In this document: positions 27,624 to 36,749 of the stretch, piece by piece
Layout: every line of letters starts with the position of its first letter
Position numbering within the stretch: the stretch's first letter is position 1
NCBI RefSeq assembly: GCF_036825565.1
Contig: NZ_DAISXZ010000003.1
Span: 8,527-72,526, forward strand
DNA: 64,000 bases
Direction of reading: 5' to 3'
Source of the DNA: Tepidimonas sp.
GTDB lineage: Bacteria > Pseudomonadota > Gammaproteobacteria > Burkholderiales > Burkholderiaceae_C
Translations under genes and position numbers: made by a program
The notes under the pieces: generated by a model
Told to the model about the DNA's origin: nothing
Seen by the model: the letters and a program-made list of their open reading frames with translations, nothing else
Databases searched by the model: none

Positions 27624-28976
27624 ATGACGCTCATTGATCGCTTCGGCACCCCCCTGTCCGGTCTGGAACGCGGCACTGCGCCGTGCCCGTCGTTCGCTCC
27701 GCTGTCGCGCCGCGGGCTGCTCGCGTCGGCTGTGGCCGGTGCGTTGGCCGCCTGGTCGGCGCCGGCAGCCGCCCAGTTCCGGGTCGAGGTGACCGGTGTC
27801 GGCGTGCAGCAGATTCCGTTCGCGGTCGCGCCGTTTCGGGTGCCGTCTGGCTTGCCGCAGGACGTGGCGGCCATTGTCGCGGCCGACCTGGTGCGCAGCG
27901 GTCAGCTCCGCCAGATTGCGGGCGGTCCCGCAGGGCTGGACGAGGCCTCGCGCCCGGATCTCGGGCCCTGGCGCACCCAGGGGGCGGATGCGCTGATCAC
28001 CGGCAGCGTGCGCGGGCTGGCGGATGGCCGTTTCGACGTTCGGTTCCGCCTGTGGGATGTGGTGCGCGGCACCGACCTGGGGGGGCTGAGCTACCCCGTG
28101 AGCGCGGCCGATCTGCGGCTGGCGGCGCACCGCATCGCTGACTACGTGTACGAAAAGCTCACTGGCGAGCGGGGCGTGTTCTCCACGCGCATCGCGTATG
28201 TCACCAAAAATGGCGATCGCCACCAGCTTTGGGTGGCTGATGCCGATGGCGAGAATGCCCAGCCCGCCCTGACCAGCCGCGAGCCCATCATCTCCCCCGC
28301 ATGGTCGCCCAACGGCACGCAGCTCGCTTATGTGTCGTTCGAATCGCTCAAGCCCGTCATCTACGCGCACGACATCGCCACCGGCCGGCGTCGGCTGCTG
28401 GCGAGCTTTCGTGGCTCCAACAGTGCGCCGGCGTGGTCGCCCGACGGCCGGCGCCTGTACGCCACGCTGACCCTGGCGGGCAGCTCGCAGATCTATGCGC
28501 TCGACCTGGACGGCGGCCAGCCGCAGCGCATCACCCAGACCGGTGGCATCGACACCGAGCCCGCCTTTGCCCCCGACGGCAAGTCGGTCTATTTCGTCAG
28601 CGACCGGGGTGGTTCGCCACAGATCTACCGCATGACCCCGGACGGGCGCGAGGTCACGCGCGTCACCTTCGAGGGGGGCTACAACATCTCCCCGGCGGTC
28701 AGCCCCGACGGCCGGCAACTGGCCTTCGTCTCCCGCATCGGGGATGCGTATCGCCTGCGCTTGATGGATCTGGCCAGCGGAACCGTCACCTCGCTGACCG
28801 ACACCAACGCCGACGAAAGCCCGAGCTTTGCGCCCAACGGCCGCCTGATCATCTATGCCACGCGCGTGCAGGGCCGCGAGTCGCTGATGACCACCACCCT
28901 GGACGGACGCATCAAGACGCGGCTGGCGGCGAGCGGCAGCGTGCGCGAACCCGATTGGGGTCCGTTCCTGGCCTGA
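27624..28976 (+). CDS. tolB: Tol-Pal beta-propeller protein
   Basis: AHRIAD, TRIAYV and repeated PAWSPDG/PSFAPNG blades. Confidence 0.96.
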   Translation: MTLIDRFGTPLSGLERGTAPCPSFAPLSRRGLLASAVAGALAAWSAPAAAQFRVEVTGVGVQQIPFAVAPFRVPSGLPQDVAAIVAADLVRSGQLRQIAGGPAGLDEASRPDLGPWRTQGADALITGSVRGLADGRFDVRFRLWDVVRGTDLGGLSYPVSAADLRLAAHRIADYVYEKLTGERGVFSTRIAYVTKNGDRHQLWVADADGENAQPALTSREPIISPAWSPNGTQLAYVSFESLKPVIYAHDIATGRRRLLASFRGSNSAPAWSPDGRRLYATLTLAGSSQIYALDLDGGQPQRITQTGGIDTEPAFAPDGKSVYFVSDRGGSPQIYRMTPDGREVTRVTFEGGYNISPAVSPDGRQLAFVSRIGDAYRLRLMDLASGTVTSLTDTNADESPSFAPNGRLIIYATRVQGRESLMTTTLDGRIKTRLAASGSVREPDWGPFLA

Positions 28977-29035
28977 TGGCGCGGGCGCGCCGACCGGTTT
29001 CTTTTCCTTTGGTTTTTTCACTTACGCAATCCACC

Positions 29036-29620
29036 ATGAAAACCCCTGTTCGTCATTTCTGGCAACGTCATGCGGTCCGCGCGGGTGCGGCGCTGCTGGC
29101 GGCCTCCGTGCTGGCTGGCTGCTCCAGCGTCAAGCTGGACGAGAGTGCCCCCGTCAGCGATCGGTCGCCCACCCCGGTGGGTGTGGCGGGCGCGGGGGGC
29201 GGTGCCGGTGGCGCGGGCAGCGGCGCGGTGGACAGCCGCACCGTGGTGCCCGTGCAAACGCAGCAGCCCGGGGTGGGGCAGCCGCCGGCCAATGTCGCGC
29301 GCATCATCTACTTCGACTTTGACTCCTACACCGTCAAGCCCGAGTTCGTGGCGGTGCTGGAGGCGCACGCGCGTTTTCTGAACGCCGACCGCCAGCGCCG
29401 CGTGGTCCTGGAAGGCCACACGGACGAGCGCGGCGGGCGCGAGTACAACTTGGCCCTGGGCCAAAAACGCGCCGATGCCGTGCGCCGTGCCCTGGCATTG
29501 ATGGGCGTGCAGGAGACGCAGATGGAGGCGGTCAGCTTCGGCAAGGAAAAGCCGGCGGCGCAGGGCAGCGGCGAAGAGGCCTGGAGCCAAAACCGCCGTG
29601 TCGAGCTGGCCTACCGCTGA
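29036..29620 (+). CDS. pal: peptidoglycan-associated lipoprotein
   Basis: LAGC lipobox, YFDFD, EGHTDERG, YNLALGQKRA, NRRVE. Confidence 0.96.
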   Translation: MKTPVRHFWQRHAVRAGAALLAASVLAGCSSVKLDESAPVSDRSPTPVGVAGAGGGAGGAGSGAVDSRTVVPVQTQQPGVGQPPANVARIIYFDFDSYTVKPEFVAVLEAHARFLNADRQRRVVLEGHTDERGGREYNLALGQKRADAVRRALALMGVQETQMEAVSFGKEKPAAQGSGEEAWSQNRRVELAYR

Positions 29621-29629
29621 TTCCGCGCC

Positions 29630-30460
29630 ATGAGCCAAGCCCGCTTCGACCGGTCCGTCGCCGCAGGGTGTTTGCCGGTGCGCCGCTGGCAGGCGGCGCT
29701 GGCCGCCTGGGTGGGCGGCGCCGTGCTCGCCGCAGCGGCCCTGCCCGCGCATGCGCTGTTCAGCGATGACGAGGCACGCCGCGCCATCCTGGATTTGCGC
29801 AGCCGCGTGGAGGCTCAGCGCCAAGCCCTCGAAGCCACCGAGCGTCAGCTGCAGGAGCTGCAGTCCGGCGGCGACACCGCGCGCCGTGGGGTGCTCGATG
29901 TCGTCAACCAAATCGAAGCGGTGCGCCGCGAACTGGCGATGCTGCGGGGGCAGCAGGAGCGCCTGGCGCGCGACCTGGCGGATCTGCAGCGCCAGCAGCG
30001 CGACGCCCTGGCTGCATTCGATGAGCGCCTGCGCGCGCTGGAGCCCATCAAGGTCACCGTCGACGGCACGGAATTCGCCGCACGCCCGGAAGAGAAAACC
30101 GCTTTCGAGGGTGCCATGGCGGCCCTGCGGGCGTCGGATTTTCCGCGCGCGGCCAAGCTGTACGGGGATTTTCTGGCGCGCCATCCGGGCAGTGGCTATG
30201 CGCCGCTGGCTCTGTACTGGCAGGGCAATGCCCTGTATGCCGACCGCCAGTACCGCACCGCCATCGACAGCTATCAGCGGCTGATCGACCAGTCGCCGGA
30301 GCATCCCCGCGCGGCCGAGGCGATGCTCGCCATCGCGAGCTGCCAGCTCGAACTCAAAGACTCCAAGGCTGCGCGCGCCACGTGGCAGGCGCTCATCAAG
30401 CGCTACCCCGATACCGAGGCCGCAGCTACCGCCCGCGAGCGTTTGGCGCGGCTGCAGTAA
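29630..30460 (+). CDS. cpoB: Tol-Pal protein CpoB/YbgF
   Basis: ALFSDDEARRAI, coiled coil plus TPR region; follows pal. Confidence 0.93.
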   Translation: MSQARFDRSVAAGCLPVRRWQAALAAWVGGAVLAAAALPAHALFSDDEARRAILDLRSRVEAQRQALEATERQLQELQSGGDTARRGVLDVVNQIEAVRRELAMLRGQQERLARDLADLQRQQRDALAAFDERLRALEPIKVTVDGTEFAARPEEKTAFEGAMAALRASDFPRAAKLYGDFLARHPGSGYAPLALYWQGNALYADRQYRTAIDSYQRLIDQSPEHPRAAEAMLAIASCQLELKDSKAARATWQALIKRYPDTEAAATARERLARLQ

Positions 30461-30559
30461 ACCTGGGGGCTGCCCGCGCGGCGCCCACCCTGCGCCAGAC
30501 CTCGGCGCACCCTGGCGCACGCGGGCCCGTAGAATCGGTCCCGAAACCGTTCTCGCACC

Positions 30560-31675
30560 ATGGACCTCGCCGCTTTTCAATCCCTGTACACCTCCGTTCT
30601 TTGGGCGGCCTTCGCCGTTTCAGCCGTGTTTGGCGCCGTTGCGCATCGCACCCATTTCTGTACCATGGGGGCTATCAGCGACATCGTGAACATGGGCGAC
30701 TGGACCCGCATGCGCATGTGGGGCATGGCCATCGGGGTGGCCATGCTGGGCTTTCACACCATGGCGGCTTTGGGGTGGATCGACCCCTCCCAGACGATTT
30801 ATTACAGCGGGCGGGTTATCTGGCTGTCCGCGCTCGTGGGCGGGGCGCTGTTCGGTTTTGGCATGGTGTTGGCGTCGGGTTGCGGCAGCAAGACGCTGGT
30901 GCGCATCGGAGGCGGCAGCCTCAAGGCCGTGGTCGTGTTCTTCGTCATGGGGGTGGCGGCGTTTGCGACCCTGCGCGGGATCACGGCCGTGCTGCGTGAC
31001 AGCACGGTCGATCGCATCGCCATCGAGATGCAGCCCGGCAGCGCACTGCCCAGTTGGCTGGCCGCCCTGTTGGGCTGGGAGGCCTCCACCGCCGCGTGGG
31101 TGATTGGCGGGGGCCTGGGGCTGGCGCTGATGGTGTGGGCTGCGTTGGGCGAGGGCTTCCGCCGTTCCCCGGACGCGTGGCTGGCCGGGCTGGGCATCGG
31201 GGCCACGGTGGTTGGGATGTGGTGGGTGTCGGGCCGGCTCGGCTTCGTGGCGGAGCACCCGGAGACGCTGGAGTCGGTCTTCCTGACGACCAACAGCGGC
31301 CGCATGGAGGCCCTGACCTTCACCGCGCCCATGGCGTATACCCTCGATTGGCTGATTTATTTTAGCGACAAGAATAAGGTGTTGACCCTGGGCGTCGTGT
31401 CGGTGTTGGGGGTGGTGGTGGGGGCGTTCCTCCATGCGGTGGTCAGCCGGTCGTTCCGCTGGGAAGGGTTTGCTGGCACGCGCGACACGGCGCTGCATCT
31501 GGTGGGCGCCTTGTGCATGGGGGTGGGCGGTGTCACCGCCATGGGCTGCACCGTTGGGCAGGGCTTGTCGGGCCTGTCGACGTTGAGCGTCACCAGCGCG
31601 ATCGCCTTCGCCGGGATCGTGACTGGCGCCTTGGGTGGGCTGCGCTTCCAACTCTGGCTGCTCGAGCGTGACTGA
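30560..31675 (+). CDS. YeeE/YedE family sulfur-compound (thiosulfate) transporter
   Basis: Multi-TM protein with HFCTMG, GMVLASGCGS and GCTVGQGLSG conserved Cys motifs. Confidence 0.88.
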   Translation: MDLAAFQSLYTSVLWAAFAVSAVFGAVAHRTHFCTMGAISDIVNMGDWTRMRMWGMAIGVAMLGFHTMAALGWIDPSQTIYYSGRVIWLSALVGGALFGFGMVLASGCGSKTLVRIGGGSLKAVVVFFVMGVAAFATLRGITAVLRDSTVDRIAIEMQPGSALPSWLAALLGWEASTAAWVIGGGLGLALMVWAALGEGFRRSPDAWLAGLGIGATVVGMWWVSGRLGFVAEHPETLESVFLTTNSGRMEALTFTAPMAYTLDWLIYFSDKNKVLTLGVVSVLGVVVGAFLHAVVSRSFRWEGFAGTRDTALHLVGALCMGVGGVTAMGCTVGQGLSGLSTLSVTSAIAFAGIVTGALGGLRFQLWLLERD

Positions 31676-32486
31676 GGCCGACACCGCCGCCCCGGCGCTG
31701 GACGCGCCCGATGTCGAGCGGCGCTTTGGGGGGCTGCGACGCCTGTACGGTCCGCAGGGCGCGCAGCGGATCTTCGACGCGCACGTCATCGTGGTCGGCA
31801 TCGGCGGGGTGGGGTCGTGGGCGGCCGAGGCTCTGGCCCGCAGTGGGGTGGGCCGCCTCACCCTGATCGATTTGGACCATGTCGCCGAGTCCAACACCAA
31901 CCGACAGATCCACGCCCTGGAGGGCACCTATGGACAGGCCAAGGTGGAGGCCATGCGCGCCCGCATCGAGGCCATCCATCCGGGTTGCCGGGTGTGCACC
32001 ATCGACGCATTCGTGACCCCGGACAACTGGGTGGACCTGTTGCGCCAGGCGCAGGCGTACCAAGGCGCCCAAGGGCCGTTCGCGGTCATCGACGCCTGCG
32101 ATCAGATGGCGACCAAGACTGCCGTGGCCGCCTGGGCGTTGCGGACGCGCAGCGTGTTCATCACCGCCGGCGCCGCAGGGGGCAAGCGGCGCGGGGACCG
32201 GGTAGAGATTGCCGACATTGCCGAGGCCACCCACGACCCGCTGCTCGCGCAACTGCGGCAGCGGCTGCGCAAATGGCACGGAGCGCCGCGCCAGGGGCGC
32301 ATGGGCGTGATGACGGTATTCAGCCGGGAGTCCGTCGCGCCGCCGGATCCCGCGTGCGCCGTGGACGGCGCAGGGGACGGGTCGCTCAATTGCCACGGAT
32401 ACGGCTCCAGCGTGGCGGTGACGGCCACTTTCGGCCTGTGCGCCGCGGGTTGGGTCCTGGATGCCGTGGCGGCCGTCCGCGGCTGA
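31668..32486 (+). CDS. tcdA: tRNA threonylcarbamoyladenosine dehydratase (ThiF family)
   Basis: RRFGGLRRLYG, GIGGVGSWAAEALARSG, SNTNRQ, GAAGGK, VFSRE. Confidence 0.88.
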   Translation: MTEADTAAPALDAPDVERRFGGLRRLYGPQGAQRIFDAHVIVVGIGGVGSWAAEALARSGVGRLTLIDLDHVAESNTNRQIHALEGTYGQAKVEAMRARIEAIHPGCRVCTIDAFVTPDNWVDLLRQAQAYQGAQGPFAVIDACDQMATKTAVAAWALRTRSVFITAGAAGGKRRGDRVEIADIAEATHDPLLAQLRQRLRKWHGAPRQGRMGVMTVFSRESVAPPDPACAVDGAGDGSLNCHGYGSSVAVTATFGLCAAGWVLDAVAAVRG

Positions 32487-32528
32487 CGGTGCCGGGGCAT
32501 CGGCTCCGGAAAGGCGAGAAATTTCGGC

Positions 32529-32551
32529 TATAATGAGCGCTTTCGCTGCAA
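32529..32551 (+). promoter_or_regulatory. sigma70 -10 box of the tRNA-Lys promoter
   Basis: TATAAT at 32529-32534 followed by gagcGCTTTCGCTGCAA. Confidence 0.6.
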
Positions 32552-32578
32552 GCGTAGACGCTGTTGTGAAGAAAAAGT

Positions 32579-32654
32579 GGGTCGTTAGCTCAGTCGGTAG
32601 AGCAGCGGACTTTTAATCCGTTGGTCGCAGGTTCGAATCCTGCACGACCCACCA
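32579..32654 (+). tRNA. tRNA-Lys(TTT)
   Basis: GGGTCGT/ACGACCC acceptor stem, anticodon loop CTTTTAA, GGTTCGAATCC, 3' CCA; 76 nt. Confidence 0.98.
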
Positions 32655-32670
32655 AATCAACCAACGACTT

Positions 32671-32700
32671 GGCCCGCCGATGAGCGGGCCTTTCGTTTTT
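32671..32700 (+). terminator. intrinsic terminator after the tRNA
   Basis: GGCCCGC-cgatga-GCGGGCC followed by TTTCGTTTT. Confidence 0.75.
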
Positions 32701-32796
32701 CGGTGTACCGTTTTTGACACCGGGACGGCACTGCTCGTCGTGATGCCGCCCCCGACCGCCTCTCAAGCGGCCCACAGCGTACGCAGGCTATGCGTG

Positions 32797-33402
32797 TCAC
32801 CGCCCGATGAGCCGCCGGTACGCGTCGCGCGTTTGCGGGGAGACCGCCTGCACCAGTTGCACGTGGTCGGTTTTGTGCCGGGCGAGCATGCGCGCCGTGG
32901 CCACGGTGCGCGAGCGGCAGAACCAGTGGCAGGTGTGCTGCAACAGCAGCATCTCGGCGCTCAGCATGTAGGCCTGGTCCCGCCGGGACAGCCCGGCCTG
33001 GTTGGCCACGACGGCCTCGATGCCCGCCGCGTGTATGGCCAGGGCACGGCGCAGATCGAAGGTGGCCCGTGGAAACAGTTTGTGCGCACGCGGCAGCGCG
33101 ATGGGCAGGGTGCTGACCAGGGCATCGTCCGGCCAGATCTGCTCGACATCGGTGGCCAGTTGGCGGACCTGGTCCCGCAGCTCGGTTTCGGCCGCGGTCA
33201 GCAGCGCCCAGATCTGGTCGCGCCGGGGGGGGTCGTCTTCGCCCAGGGCGCGCAGGTAGCCGTCCAGCAGGGTTTCCATCAGGCGCTCGATGCGGTAGGG
33301 CTGCAAGTAGCGGCCGAGCAAGCGAATGCGGTGTTGCTGTTCGCGAACCTTGGCGACCTGGAGGCCGGCGCCCAGCGCCAGCACAAGAACAATCAGTTCC
33401 AT
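32797..33402 (-). CDS. hypothetical protein with an N-terminal membrane anchor
   Basis: Hydrophobic N-terminus, protein-like composition, LLQHTCHWFC motif. Confidence 0.7.
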   Translation of the reverse strand: MELIVLVLALGAGLQVAKVREQQHRIRLLGRYLQPYRIERLMETLLDGYLRALGEDDPPRRDQIWALLTAAETELRDQVRQLATDVEQIWPDDALVSTLPIALPRAHKLFPRATFDLRRALAIHAAGIEAVVANQAGLSRRDQAYMLSAEMLLLQHTCHWFCRSRTVATARMLARHKTDHVQLVQAVSPQTRDAYRRLIGR

Positions 33403-33796
33403 GCAAAGGGGACAACGCAAGAAGGCTGAGGGTCATGCCGGCATTTCACGCCGACGTGATGGCGTTTCGCGCCCGTGGCCTGCATTCTGTCGCATACGAC
33501 TGGCAGTTGCCGGCGCCGAGCGGCACAGTGCGCGTCACATCGTGATCCACCCGGGAGCCTGCGTCATACAACGCACCTCCACCATCGCCATTCATCTCAG
33601 CGCCGGGCTGGCCGCTGCTGCGCGGAGGACGGTTCTCCCCATAGCCGAAGGACGCCCACCTGGCGGTCAGTTCGCAGGCGAGCCGTGCACCAGGGGGCAG
33701 AATCGCAGATTGTCCCCAACGCCAATCCCGACGGCTGGTCCGCCGTCGAGAAAGCGTGGGAATCGATACCAGTCGATGAGCGCTTGCTGCGACCCA

Positions 33797-34759
33797 TCAA
33801 GCCACCGGATTGAACCGATAGCCGCTGCCGGCGGCTTCGATGTGCCCCAGGGCGGGGAAGGGGAAGTGAAAGCCCCCCACCATCAGCTTGTCGCGGATGA
33901 TCTGATCGTAGATGCGGCGCCGCGTCTGCCGGGCCAGGTCCGCATCCATGTCGAACACCACCGACCAGTCCGGGTTGCGCACGAACAGGGACGGGATGTT
34001 GGACGTGTCGGCCACGTACATGAAGCCCTGGCCCTCGGAGCGCAGTGTGAAAACGCACATGCCGGGCGTGTGGCCGAAGGCCGCTTCGGCGCGGATGCCA
34101 GGGGCCAGCTCCGCGCCGGGCTGAAAAGGCACCAGCCGGTCGGGCGGCAGTCCGCCGAACACCCGTCGCACGGCCTGAAAGGCACCTTGCATCGCCTGCG
34201 GCGCGCTGGCCATGCGCGCGTCGTCCGTCCAAAACGCGTGCTCCGGTGCCGGGACGTGGATTTTGGCGCGGGGGAAGGTAAGGCGGCCGTCCTTGAGGCG
34301 CACCCCGTTGATGTGGTCACCGTGGTAATGGCTGATCACGACATGGTCGACGTCTTCCGGCTGGTAGCCGGCGGCGGCCAGGTTGTCGCGCAGGCGCCCG
34401 GTCGTGGGTGGGCCGTTGTCGGCAAAGCCGGTGTCGAATAGGAATCTGCCCGCCGGCGTCACCGCCAGGAAGGCGTTAAACGGGATGTCTACGTAATCGG
34501 TGGGCAGATTCTGCGAGGCGAGCAGGGCCTTGACCTGCTCCAGCGGGGCATTGCGAACGAACTCCTCGCCCAGCGGGCGGCGCAACGCGCCGTCGTTGAG
34601 CGCGATGATCTCGAAGGCGCCGAGCCGGATGCGGCGCATGCCCGGCGAGGGCAGGGTGGGGGCCCCAAAATTGGGGGCGCCCTGTTGCGACCACGCCGAC
34701 CCCAGGGCCAGCCAACCGGCGGCGGCAATGCCGGCACCCAAAAACAACCGTCTGTCCAT
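33797..34759 (-). CDS. Tat-exported MBL-fold metallo-hydrolase
   Basis: MDRRLFLG twin-arginine signal, FDTG, SHYHGDH, GHTPG, GFHFPFP. Confidence 0.88.
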   Translation of the reverse strand: MDRRLFLGAGIAAAGWLALGSAWSQQGAPNFGAPTLPSPGMRRIRLGAFEIIALNDGALRRPLGEEFVRNAPLEQVKALLASQNLPTDYVDIPFNAFLAVTPAGRFLFDTGFADNGPPTTGRLRDNLAAAGYQPEDVDHVVISHYHGDHINGVRLKDGRLTFPRAKIHVPAPEHAFWTDDARMASAPQAMQGAFQAVRRVFGGLPPDRLVPFQPGAELAPGIRAEAAFGHTPGMCVFTLRSEGQGFMYVADTSNIPSLFVRNPDWSVVFDMDADLARQTRRRIYDQIIRDKLMVGGFHFPFPALGHIEAAGSGYRFNPVA

Positions 34760-34887
34760 GAGCCAAGCCTCCTGCAGCGTCCGCAATGCCCGAAATGGGC
34801 GGAACGCTCGAGCTTAGGGCCGAGGGCGACCTGTCGTGGACGGCGCCGCAAAGCCGTGTGCCGAGCAGGGGTATTGCCATGGGGGCG

Positions 34888-35712
34888 TTATGCAGCGCCG
34901 TCGGTCAGGCGCTGCACTTGTACGGCCTGCCCCCACAGTAGCTCGATCACACGTGCCGTCTGGGCCAGGTCGCCACTCGTCCAAAACGCGACGTCGCCGA
35001 GGGCGGTGCCGGGTATGGCGAGGCGGGCCTCGTCGAGCCGGCGCGCCAGTTCGCGCGCGACCGCTGGGGCCGGATCCAGGATGGTGACGTCCGGACCGGT
35101 GATGCGCTGGATCACCGGGCGCAGGAAGGGGTAGTGCGTGCACCCGAGCACCAGCACGTCGGCGCCGGCCGCGAGCAACGGCCGCACGCGCTGTGCAACC
35201 GCGGTCTCGGTGTCGGGGCAGTCGAGTTCGCCGCGTTCGACGCGCTCCACCCAGCCCGGGCAGGCTTGCGGGAGCACCTGCACGCCGGCCGCATGCGCCG
35301 CGATCAGGCGCGCCAGTCCCGGGCTGTCCACCGTATTGCGGGTCGCCAGAACGCCGACGATGCCGCTGCGGGTGAGGGCGGCCGCGGGCTTGACGGCCGG
35401 CTCGATGGCCACGAGCGGCCAGTTTGGATGGCGTTCGCGCAAGGCGCGGATCGACAGGCCGGTGACGGTGTTGCAGGCGACCACGACGGCTTTGCACCCG
35501 GCGCGCCGCAACTGGGCCAGGATGTGCTCGGCACGGGCTTGGACGTAAGCGGGCGATTTGTCGCCATAGGGCGCGTGCCCCGAGTCCGCCATGTAGATCA
35601 GCCGCTCGGCCGGCAGGCGAGCCCGGATTTCGCGCAACACCGACAGGCCACCCACCCCGGAGTCGAACACCCCGATGGGGGCGTCCGCAGCAAAGGCTGG
35701 GGCGGCGCCCAT
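34888..35712 (-). CDS. murI: glutamate racemase
   Basis: FDSGVGGLSV, PYGDK, ACNT, LGCTHYP. Confidence 0.97.
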   Translation of the reverse strand: MGAAPAFAADAPIGVFDSGVGGLSVLREIRARLPAERLIYMADSGHAPYGDKSPAYVQARAEHILAQLRRAGCKAVVVACNTVTGLSIRALRERHPNWPLVAIEPAVKPAAALTRSGIVGVLATRNTVDSPGLARLIAAHAAGVQVLPQACPGWVERVERGELDCPDTETAVAQRVRPLLAAGADVLVLGCTHYPFLRPVIQRITGPDVTILDPAPAVARELARRLDEARLAIPGTALGDVAFWTSGDLAQTARVIELLWGQAVQVQRLTDGAA

Positions 35713-35730
35713 GCGCAGCGCGTCGGGGGA

Positions 35731-36192
35731 TCAGCCCGCCAGGGCGGCCTTGACCGCGGCCGACACCTGGCCCATGTCGGCCTGGCCGGCCAGATCGGCC
35801 TTGGCCAAGGCCATGACCTTGCCCATGTCTGCGGGGGTAGGCGCGCGGCCCAGGTCGGCGGCGACGCGGCCGACGATCGCTTGCACGGCCGCAGCGATCG
35901 CTGCGGCGTCCAGCCGCGCGGGCAGATAGGCCTCGAGTACCTGGGCCTCGGCGCGCTCCTTGTCGGCCAAGTCGGTGCGGCCGGCTTGTTCGTACGCGGC
36001 GATGGAGTCGCGGCGCTGCTTGAGCAACTTGTCCACGACCGCAATCACCCCCGCATCGTCCAGCGTCACGCGCTCATCGACCTCTTTTTGCTTGATCGCG
36101 GCCAGCAGCAGGCGGATGGCGCCCAGACGCGCGCTGTCCTTGGCGCGCATGGCGGTCTTCATGTCGTCGGTGATCCGGTCCTTCAGTGCCAT
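35731..36192 (-). CDS. GatB/YqeY domain protein
   Basis: DMKTAMRAKD, KQRRDSI, DMGKVM; downstream of rpsU. Confidence 0.93.
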   Translation of the reverse strand: MALKDRITDDMKTAMRAKDSARLGAIRLLLAAIKQKEVDERVTLDDAGVIAVVDKLLKQRRDSIAAYEQAGRTDLADKERAEAQVLEAYLPARLDAAAIAAAVQAIVGRVAADLGRAPTPADMGKVMALAKADLAGQADMGQVSAAVKAALAG

Positions 36193-36228
36193 GGGGTGTA
36201 CAGTCCTAAGGTGTCTTGAGCAAGCAAC

Positions 36229-36260
36229 AAAGCCCGCCGGAGCGTCCTCTGGCGGGCTTT
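36229..36260 (-). terminator. hairpin/terminator downstream of rpsU
   Basis: AAAGCCCGCCGGAG-cgtc-CTCTGGCGGGCTTT inverted repeat. Confidence 0.65.
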
Positions 36261-36337
36261 GGGGCGGACCGAAACGGCACGCAGAACCGGGCGCAGTGGG
36301 CCACGGTCTGCCGCTGCCGGCCGTCGTGTCCGGTCGA

Positions 36338-36550
36338 TCAGTACAGACGCTGCGGCAGCTGCTGCGAGCGCACGCGCTTGAGGTGGCGCTTGACGGCCGC
36401 GGCCTTCTTGCGCTTGCGCTCGGCGGTGGGCTTTTCGTAAAACTCGCGGGCGCGCAGCTCGTTGAGCAGGCCCAGCTTCTCGATCGTGCGCTTGAAGCGG
36501 CGCAGGGCGACGTCGAACGGTTCGTTGTCTTTAACGCGAATGGTGGTCAT
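36338..36550 (-). CDS. rpsU: 30S ribosomal protein S21
   Basis: [12 protein letters not shown]...REFYEKPT. Confidence 0.98.
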   Translation of the reverse strand: MTTIRVKDNEPFDVALRRFKRTIEKLGLLNELRAREFYEKPTAERKRKKAAAVKRHLKRVRSQQLPQRLY

Positions 36551-36662
36551 TGGCCAATGGTTTCCATAGTGTGCCAGGGCCGCACGTGGGGAAGATCAGA
36601 CCCGACGCCGGTTTGCCTGGCAGGGGTTCCCCGTCTTCAAGGTGATCACGGCCGACGGGGTT

Positions 36663-36686
36663 TTGCCAGCAAAGCTCCTCATTATA
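36663..36686 (-). promoter_or_regulatory. rpsU promoter -10 box and conserved downstream motif
   Basis: TATAAT-gagga-GCTTTGCTGGCAA, nearly identical to the rpsT upstream element. Confidence 0.65.
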
Positions 36687-36749
36687 GGCGATTCGGCGTG
36701 ACTGGGTAGGGTATAACATGGTCACACCGATCACGGGGGGGAGACTGCC

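Noticed and set aside
33403..33796. ~390-bp intergenic stretch as an sRNA or small ORF
   Set aside because: No recognisable RNA family, repeat, terminator or convincing coding pattern was seen by eye; an Rfam/BLAST search would be needed.
32579..34800. tRNA-Lys as the attachment site of an integrated element
   Set aside because: No integrase and no duplicated tRNA 3' end were seen in the window, and a normal terminator follows the tRNA.
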